Assembly: GCA_964016885.1 (NCBI GenBank)
Contig: OZ024742.1
Location: 222,146,001-222,210,000 of the forward strand
Origin: Eledone cirrhosa
Taxonomy: Eukaryota
DNA length: 64,000 bases
Direction: 5' to 3'
Below the pieces are notes generated by a model. The model had not been told where the DNA came from. It did not search any database and was given only the letters and a program-made list of their open reading frames with translations. The position numbers and the translations under genes were made by a program. This document shows, piece by piece, positions 54,755 through 64,000 of this stretch (the first letter of the stretch is position 1; each line of letters opens with the position of its first letter).

Positions 54755-55432
54755 TTGCATTACCATCTTTGATTGTTTACTGTCTCGCTCGTTCCCCCTA
54801 TTTACGTGTCCCAACGACTTTCTTTAGCCGTTGCTCGCACCAACCGGAGGTATATGGTCTTTAAAGCGATGAAATACCAATGAAGGTTGGAAGATCACTG
54901 ATGAAGGACAAAATTTATTCATATGTAACCCATTTGCAACCACGCAGCACTCCATGTTTTCATATTCATATATAATTCCCTCCGCTGTGACCCGTCTGTT
55001 TCTTTCTTACTGCTTTCCCTTTTCTCTGTATCTCTCACTTCCTTTTACCCCCTCTAACAGTCACTCTCTCTGTTAGCCTCTTCCTCACTCTTTCACTCAC
55101 TCACTCTCTGCTACTCCCTCTCCTACTTCCTCCCGTTTGACCTGTGCGAAATTCTTTCCTTACTCACATTTCGACCAGGTTTGATGGTCTTTATTCTCTC
55201 TCGTCCACGATTTCACAGAACTTATGTTCATCGATTTCAGGGACTTGACTCCTTCTTCCTCACTTTTCATTGCATTACCATCTTTGATTGTTTACTATCT
55301 CGCTAGTTCCCCTTATTTACATGTCCCAACGACTTTCTTTAGCCGTTGCTCGCACCAACCGGAGGTATATGGTCTTTAAAGCGATGAAATACCAATGAAG
55401 GTTGGAAGATCACTGATGAAGGACTAAATTTA

Positions 55433-55439
<7 letters not shown>
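54755..55439 (+). mobile_element. Element with 170 bp direct repeats (pLTR-like)
   Basis: 54755-54924 ~ 55270-55439; each ends shortly after CTGATGAAGGAC; abuts (TA)n. Confidence 0.65.
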
Positions 55440-55475
<36 letters not shown>

Positions 55476-55476
<1 letters not shown>

Positions 55477-55730
55477 GAATTTGTATTTAATTTGTTGGAA
55501 TTCCGACAAGCATAAATGCTTATAACTGATTTAGAGCACTCAACAAGTGGTGGCGTATATATTCCAAGATATTAAATAAATGGAAACTATATTTATAAAA
55601 CCATATTTATTTTATTATATATATTTCAAGGGCAACCAAGGCAACCTTGGTGCGCTTTCATCAGATAAAATACAAAGTGTGTTTTATAAATAAAGACATA
55701 TCTATGATAATCAAACCTTATCGGTCGGAA
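55476..55730 (-). mobile_element. Family A HHR element; HHR at 55608-55672
   Basis: TATTTTAT-CTGATGA-AAG..CCAAGG/CCTTGG..CTT-GAAA-TATATAT-A-ATAAAATA. Confidence 0.85.
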
Positions 55731-56434
55731 AATATATATATATCATTTTGTTTGACCCGTTTAGCTTGTTCGCTTTTTGGGGTATGGTGGTTAATGGCTT
55801 CTTAACCATCGTCTCAGCGTGTATGACCATTTTAACTTATGTTTATAGCTCTGGTATCTTCTTCTTCATATCCATGGAGCGCTTGTCTGCACAATATGGA
55901 AGTTGCGTTTCGCTACCCGCTGAAATGCGATTCTCGCTAAATTTATATTTATATATATATATATATATACATACACACACACTATATATACATATATACA
56001 CACACACACACAGATAGCGTCATAATGTCGTAATGCAGACAGCCAGACATACAGACAGATATTAAAAGGGCGCGACGTCATGGCTATGTATCTATCTAAA
56101 AAGAAAGACTAAGAATTATAGAGAGGGATCGCTAAATCGCCTAATGCGGTCCTTAGGGCATTGAAACTTTGAAATATTTTTTGCTCAAAGCACTCACACG
56201 ACGGTGAGTGCTTTGGGCACCGAAGGGTGGTGGATTGGCAGTATCGGTAGAGGGTCGGACGCTATGCTTTGCAGCATAGTTACGTCCCTTTACAGACTGA
56301 GTTCAAATCCCGCCGAGGTTAACTTTGCCTTTCATCCTTACGGGGTCGATAAAATAAAGTACCAGTAATGCACTGGGTAATTGCTGGCCTTGTGCCTAAA
56401 GTAGAAACAATTAATAAAAGATAAATCTAGAAGA

Positions 56435-56507
<73 letters not shown>

Positions 56508-58890
56508 AAAGAATAGAGGTGTAACACACGAGTTGTGATATATTGGTAAAAGGAAAAGAAAATGCTGACAAATTGTTCCCAGTGAAAACTAGTTTAATTA
56601 GGAATAAGTAAAAATTAGTAATAAGTATTGGTTAGTATTCAGTTTTGGTTTTAATTTTTTTAGGCCCTGCCGTATTGGAATACTTGTGTACAAATATGTA
56701 TGTGCCCATCAGTGTGCAATGCATGTGTGCGTATATGTATGTGTGTGTCGGCACGTTTATATATATATATATAAATGCGCACACGTACATACACACACAT
56801 ACACACATGTGTGTGTTTGTGTGTGTGTGTGTGTGTATAAACCAATGAAAAGAAGACAGAAATCAGAGGTAGGTAGTTAATTAGTTCATTGTTTTACGAT
56901 CGTGGCGGAGGGTCGATTGATTGTGCAGGTAGATAGTTTTTAGTGTTCAGTTCAGCAGACAGCCACCTGGTTACTCACTGGTGCGAAGGGGTGTGTAGGT
57001 TCTGACTTAGATTGCCTAAGAACATTTAAATTCTACAAACCTATGTAGTTACTAACAACACCTAAATCCCTTCTTCCTTAACCGTACAGACCCACGTAAC
57101 CTCTTCAGAAGTCCGACCGCTCTAGCGACCCTACATAATGTTACCACCACATAACCAAAACCAAGACCACAATAAGTTATACATTACCAGGATACATATC
57201 GACGAAATGGCTATATTCTTTTACTCGCCCTACCAATTACGCTACCTCATAATCGATCCCTACCTACGCCTATTTAACTAAAGCACAACTTCAAAAACCC
57301 AACCTTCCAACTCTCATGGATTACACTTCACACTCAAGTCTGAGCACACAGGATCGCATAGAAACCAGCAAATTGATTAAACATCTATCTATCTATGTAG
57401 GGCGGGTAACATTCCCGAGATCCATGGACGAGTTCTCTCCATATTTCTTTTCAATGGCTGACAATTACCTTACCGGCGCCACTCGAATAAGGTAATTATT
57501 TAACCCATAAATTAGGCCTCAACAGGTACTACTACTCCGGGCCAGAGCAGACCTGGGAGTTATGACTACTAAGGGGTAACTTCACATTCCCCACAGCTCC
57601 TGAACTCCCGAACTGGAGCCTTGCCACTGGATGTAGTTTAATGTCATACCCAGGACATAGGCTATACAAATAAGTACATAAACTTATTACATAAACTTAG
57701 TATATAAACTTATTAAAGCACGGCTGCCCCTATACGTGTAATGCTCTACATGAGATACTAGGCCACTTTCCAGTGATACCTAATATGAGCTCAAACACAC
57801 ACAGGCTTGAGCCAGTTAACGCAATTAGCTACCTAAATTTTACATTAATCTAACAAATAATTTAGCAAATAATTGTTCCTACTTGTAGCACAAGGCCAGC
57901 AATTACCTCCAGTGTATTACTGGTGCTTTATTTCATGGACCCCGTAAGGATAAAAGGCAAAGTTAACCTCGGCGGGATTTTAACTCAGAATGTAAAGGGC
58001 CATAACTCTATGCTGCAAAGCATGGCGTCCGACCCTCTACCGATACTGCCAATCCACTACCCTTTAATTTATCACATAATTGTTTCTACTTTTGGCACAA
58101 GGCCAGCAATTATCCAGTGCATTACTGGTACTTTATTTTATCGACCCCCGTGAGGATGAAAGGCAAAGTTAACCTCGGCGGGATTTGAACTCAGAATGGC
58201 AAGGGCCGTAACTCTATATCGTCAAAGCATGGCGTCCGACCCTCTACCGATACTGCCAATCCACGAGGTACATAAACCAGGACCTTGAATCTTTGCGTCA
58301 TATTGACATTTCAATGAATTGGGCAATCTAAGTCAGAACCTACAGATGGGAATATATTGATGATCTTACATATACTTGGCCGTATAATTACATTTCCACA
58401 TCGCTTCATATCCCCTAGTGTAGTGATCGATACAATGAGATATTCAGATGGGTATTCGTAGCATGTATTTGTAAACATCACGTAGACAAAGGTATTAATA
58501 CTCGTTCATACGTACATACAGACATATACGTATGGTTATATATCTATATGGGCTTACCTATGGACATACTCATACATATGAATGTGTACCTATACATACA
58601 TACACGCACACCCACAAAGATAGATTATCTGCACGCATACATAGATACACAAACCGAAACACACATATAAGTGTATATACATATACCCACATAGATACAT
58701 TCACTACTACAGACCCATGTGCGCATACGCATAGGCATATAAACACAGACAGATATCTACATACTCACATATATACACGCACATACAGGCACACACACAT
58801 ATATACATTATGAGCTCCACCACAATCACGTAATAATAATAGTAGTCATAATAATTATGAAGACCAAAATCCGAAGAGGGCTCGATAAGG

Positions 58891-58982
<92 letters not shown>

Positions 58983-58985
<3 letters not shown>

Positions 58986-59909
58986 TACCCGTACCACAAA
59001 CCTAATGAATCCCTTAGATATATAGACGTTAATTCTAACCACCCCAAAAATATATTAGACAACCTAGTAAAAAGTGTCTCCATTAGGATATCTAGCCTCG
59101 CCGCCAATGAAGATATCTTTAGAGCAGCAGCCCCCTATTACAACGAGGCCCTGGCCCGCAGCGGCTTTAGAGATAAGATCACCTACCTTACTATAGCCCC
59201 ACGCCCACCCAGGAAGAATAGGCGAAGGCACACTAGCTGGTACAACCCCCCCTTCAACCGAAAAGTTTCAACACCTGTAGCTAAAATTTTCTTCACTCTC
59301 TTACAAAAACACTTCCCCACCCAACATAGATACTATACTATCCTTAATAAGAATACCATTAGACTCTCTTACTCTACCACACCTAATCTAGCTAGAAACT
59401 TAGCCAACAACAACATCAAGAAGCTAAATAAGTCTACTTTTTCCGAAGCCCATCCAGCAACCGATAGCAACTGCAATTGCCCTGATAAGACGACCTGCCC
59501 TCTCAACAACAACTGTCTAAAAAAAGATCTCGTCTATATATGCGATGTACTCTCAGGCCCCGATGAAAAAAGAAACTCGTACATCGGGATGACTTCTAAT
59601 AGTTTTAAGACTCGTTGGTACGCCCACACACATTCGTTCCGGCGCCCAGACAAATCTAACCAAACTACACTCGCCGCCCACATCTGGCACCTTAAAAGGA
59701 ACTCCATCCCCTTCAAGACCCAATGGAGACTACTCCAGAGAGCGCGATCATACACGGGAGGCCATAATTGCTGTGACCTCTGTATCTCCGAGAGCTATGA
59801 GATTCTATTCGCCAAAGGCCTCAACAAAATCTCGGAACACTCCCCTAATTGCATGCACAAGAACTATGCAAATTACAAAAACTACAGACCCACCCGGCCC
59901 CCCGACTGA
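58983..59909 (+). CDS. Penelope-like retroelement ORF, 5'-truncated (RT thumb, linker, GIY-YIG endonuclease)
   Basis: YHKPNESLRYIDVNSNHP, WYNPPF, CNC..CPLNNNC, LVY..SYIGMT..FKTRWYAH..LAAHIW..CDLCISE; open frame starting at (TA)n. Confidence 0.92.
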
Positions 59910-60177
59910 CCCTCCCCCCATATCACCACCCCACCCCTCCCACCATCCCATTTCCGTCCCTCCATCTCTCATTATTACCCTCTTTCCTCCCCTCTATCTC
60001 TCATTATTACCTTCTTTCCTCCCCTCCAGGTCTTATATATTGTGTTGTGTGCCTCTGAGTAAAGTTCCGTGGCCGCACACACAAATTCACGTATATACCT
60101 GCTCATGTTTGCATACGTGCAGTTATGAACTGCTGCACGCACACGTTCGTGATTTATTTATCTATTTATCTGTATAT

Positions 60178-60220
<43 letters not shown>

Positions 60221-61177
60221 GTTACTTTATTTACTTATTTATTTATTTATCTATTTATTTATTTATTTATTTATTTATTTACTTACTTATTTACAGATTT
60301 ATTTGTTTATCTGTTTGTTGGTTTGTTTGTTAGTTAACTCTTTCATTTATTTATTAATTTATGAGTGAATGATTAGGTAATGAATAGATAAAAGATAAAA
60401 GATAGGTAACGAATGGTGAATGGTAAATAGTAAATAATAAATAGTAATTAATTACTTGATGATAATATTAATAACTTAGTAGTGATATTAATTATTTTAA
60501 TCCTCTATCAGGCCCAGTTTAAAATTTAAAATTTAAAATTTAAAATTTGTCCCACTACCATTATATTATAGACACATCTTTGAGTGCGAACGAGTGCGTG
60601 TTTGTGCATATGCGTTTATGTGTACTTATTTGTATGTATGTATGTATGTGTATGTATGCGTGTGTGCTTGTATATGTGTATGTGTGTGTATGTATATATG
60701 TATATATATGTATATATATATGTATATATATATATTGTTATACTTTGGGAGGGTCATGTTGCCATTGGGAGACACACGCACCAGTTGCTTTCAAATGAAC
60801 ATAAACACACACAGACACCCGGATGTGGCGCATGCGCAGACTGAGCACACAACACACACACAGAAACAAAATGGCGTAGGACAGAACAAAGGAGAGGCAC
60901 AGAAACAAAGAAAGGAATCCCCAGTCACTGAAGAGGTCACAGAGTGTGTGACGAAAGAACTATGACTATGTATAAACAACTATCTGGTTGTGGAACCAAC
61001 CAACCAACCATAAATTTATAAATTTATAAATTTATTATAAATTTATTATAATAAATTGAAGTGAAGGCGGCTGGTGCGTGTGTTTCTTGTTGGCGGCATG
61101 GCCCTCCCAGGGTGTGACAATATAGGTTTCAACACACGATTTCAGATAAAGAATCTTGCTAAACAAATTCAGAAACG

Positions 61178-61221
<44 letters not shown>

Positions 61222-61427
61222 ATATATATATGTATATGAGATTATATATGTATGTGTGTGTGTATGTGTATATATGTATATATATGTGTGAATGTATGTG
61301 TTTGTGTGTGTGTGTGTATGTATGTGTATGTATGTGTGTGCATATGTATGTATGTGTATGTATAGTATAGTTTATACCGAGAGACATACGTACATGTAGG
61401 TGTGTATATATATATATATATGTATAC

Positions 61428-61461
<34 letters not shown>

Positions 61462-61645
61462 ATGCGCACGTGTGTATGTGTAGATATATATATATGTGTG
61501 TGTATGTGTATGCGTGTGTGTGTGTATATTTGTGTGTTTGTGTTTTTCTTGTGTATATATGTATATATGTGTATGTATGTATGTGTGTGTGTGTATATAT
61601 GTATGTGTGTGTATGTGTATGTGCATGTGTATACGCATACAAATA

Positions 61646-61697
<52 letters not shown>

Positions 61698-62158
61698 GTT
61701 GTGAATATGTAAATGTATTTTATTCTTTCCATTCTACAAAAACACTCTGTCCACCTGTGGCTTGTATGTTAACTTGACCACTCACCCCAGTCTGTGCCAT
61801 GATTCGGTCTTGTTAAATGTTTAATTTCTATTACCAACCCACCCCGAAAAAAAAAAAAAAAAAATTTCCCTACTATATATCTGTTGATGGGGTTTTTATT
61901 TATTTATTTTATTATATTTATTTTTTTATTTATTTTATTTATTTATTTATTCATTTATCTATTTATTCATTTATTTATTTATTTATTTCAAAAAAGCACT
62001 CTGGCTAATTGACCACTCTCCAAAGAAAAAAACGGCCTGTGCCATGAAGTGGTCCTGTGTATCTAAATACCATCCCACCCCAAAAAATCCCCCCCCATCC
62101 ACCACCCCTCCCTTACCACTACCTAAATGTATAACTACCAGAACTTAATATGACACCC

Positions 62159-62209
62159 AGCTTCCTGAAGATTTCATCTGAATGAAACAGTACTAGTCCT
62201 GTAGAAGCT
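62159..62209 (+). ncRNA. Type I hammerhead ribozyme motif (family E)
   Basis: AGCTTC-CTGAAGA-TTTC..GAAT-GAAA-CAG(TACTAGTC)CTGT-A-GAAGCT; stem I covaries with the 41801 copy; bulged hairpin 62234-62254; element ends ~62297 at (TA)n. Confidence 0.88.
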
Positions 62210-62309
62210 CCTTCTATAAAATAAAAATTTTTTACTCTGCCATGTATTGAGTACCTTACTTACTGTGGTTATCCCCGACTCAACCCGGGACCTACGTATA
62301 TATAAATAT

Positions 62310-62403
<94 letters not shown>

Positions 62404-62404
62404 A

Positions 62405-63339
62405 TAAACAATTAAGTTAAAAATGTACATCCACATATGTATACTGAAATACTAGTATGCATATGAATACACACACGTGTACATATGTAGATGTACCGAG
62501 TTTTTCACTGGACACTTTACTGTGAGTGTCCAGCTATTCTGTATGTAAACACACAGACAAACCGGTTTTTAGAGTCATACTGGTTTTCGAGGAAACACCT
62601 TTCCTCTATTCTCCAGAAAGCCAGACAAGGAATATTGGACTAGTTTCGATGTTGTTACATCTCATCAGCAATATTTACCTATCTTCCGGCCTTTCTAGAG
62701 AATCGTAAAAGCACATATCGTTATATGCTTTTTCTATGAAAATTAGTAGTGGGCAGACTAATTTGCATAGAGCGTGAGTACGTACCGGTACATTTTTAAC
62801 TTAATTGTTTAAGCGTCAGTCATACAAAAGTGAGTTACAAACGAAACGAAATTTAATTTCGTTTCGTTATTTGTTTTTATCGTCTCCGCTGAACCGGTAC
62901 GTACTCACGCTCTATGCAAATTAGTCTGCCCACTACTAATTTTCATAGAAAAAGCATATAACGATATGTGCTTTTACGATTCTCTAGAAAGGCCGGAAGA
63001 TAGGTAAATATTGCTGATGAGATGTAACAACATCGAAACTAGTCCAATATTCCTTGTCTGGCTTTCTGGAGAATAGAGGAAAGGTGTTTCCTCGAAAACC
63101 AGTATGACTCTAAAAACCGGTTTGTCTGTGTGTTTACATACAGAATAGCTGGACACTCACAGTAAAGTGTCCAGTGAAAAACTCGGTACATCTACATATG
63201 TACACGTGTGTGTATTCATATGCATACTAGTATTTCAGTATACATATGTGGATGTACATTTTTAACTTAATTGTTTAAGCGTCAGTCATACAAAAGTGAG
63301 TTACAAACGAAACGAAATTTAATTTCGTTTCGTTATTTG

Positions 63340-63346
<7 letters not shown>
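62405..63346. mobile_element. Family D HHR element: 466 bp monomer, partial tandem and 385 bp inversion
   Basis: Arms 62405-62789/62893-63277; 62788-62880 = 63254-63346; flanked by (TA)n. Confidence 0.92.
63007..63051 (+). ncRNA. Canonical minimal type I hammerhead ribozyme (mirror copy 62631-62675 minus)
   Basis: AATATTG-CTGATGA-GATGT(AACA)ACATC-GAAA-CTAGT-C-CAATATT; GUC cleavage triplet. Confidence 0.93.
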
Positions 63347-63374
<28 letters not shown>

Positions 63375-63376
63375 GT

Positions 63377-63659
<283 letters not shown>

Positions 63660-64000
63660 TAAAAATCAGTGATGCACCTGAACTCAATTTATTGTGTGTT
63701 ACAATTGTTTCGCCGGCGAACAGCTCGAGACGCGGTCATTGTGTGGATCTGTCTGATTCTGGACCCGCAGGTTCGACGGACACGTCTAATGATGTCGTCT
63801 AATGCTCCGAAATCATTAGACGTGTCCGTCGAACCTGCGGGTCCAGAATCAGACAGATCCACACAATGATCGCGTCTCGAGCTGTCCGCCGGCGAAACAA
63901 TTGTAACACACAATAAATTAAGTTCAGGTGCATCACTGATTTTTCGTTTTCTATTCTATCATACTCTGCTCTGTAAGAGCATAGAGTGCTCAACCGGCAT
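63660..64000. mobile_element. Family B HHR element, hairpin form
   Basis: Arms ~63661-63793/63812-63946; GTGT-CCGTCGA-long stem II-GAAA-CAATTGT-A-ACAC; hairpin 63963-63989. Confidence 0.85.

Noticed and set aside
58857-58982. N-terminal part of the 350 aa ORF
   Set aside because: Read-through of flanking microsatellite; Penelope homology starts at ~58983
62526-63156. Identical 60 aa ORFs on both strands
   Set aside because: Consequence of the inverted repeat; antisense to the HHR strand and no domain signal

Overview
AT-rich, microsatellite-saturated animal DNA. The SINE repertoire and (TA)n/(CA)n density suggest a cephalopod such as Octopus (inference). I see no recognisable host gene; most of the ORF track is microsatellite artefact. 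The window is a mosaic of mobile elements: two tRNA-derived SINE families, RTE, CR1 and restriction-endonuclease-type LINE remnants, Helitron/Helentron-type elements, mariner/pogo/hAT MITEs and two Penelope-like (GIY-YIG) fragments. The main result is at least 8 sequence-distinct families of short non-coding elements carrying type I hammerhead ribozyme (HHR) motifs with palindromic stem III. These elements lie in or next to (TA)n and show Penelope-style inverted and partial-tandem structures. Several families share a covarying bulged hairpin (ACTC-stem-TY-GAGT-RC) near their 3' end. Two others share an octamer (ATGCAAAT) upstream of the HHR plus a conserved terminus. Together this looks like a retrozyme-like, Penelope-mobilised system. 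All structures were read by eye; boundaries are approximate and ribozyme activity is untested.
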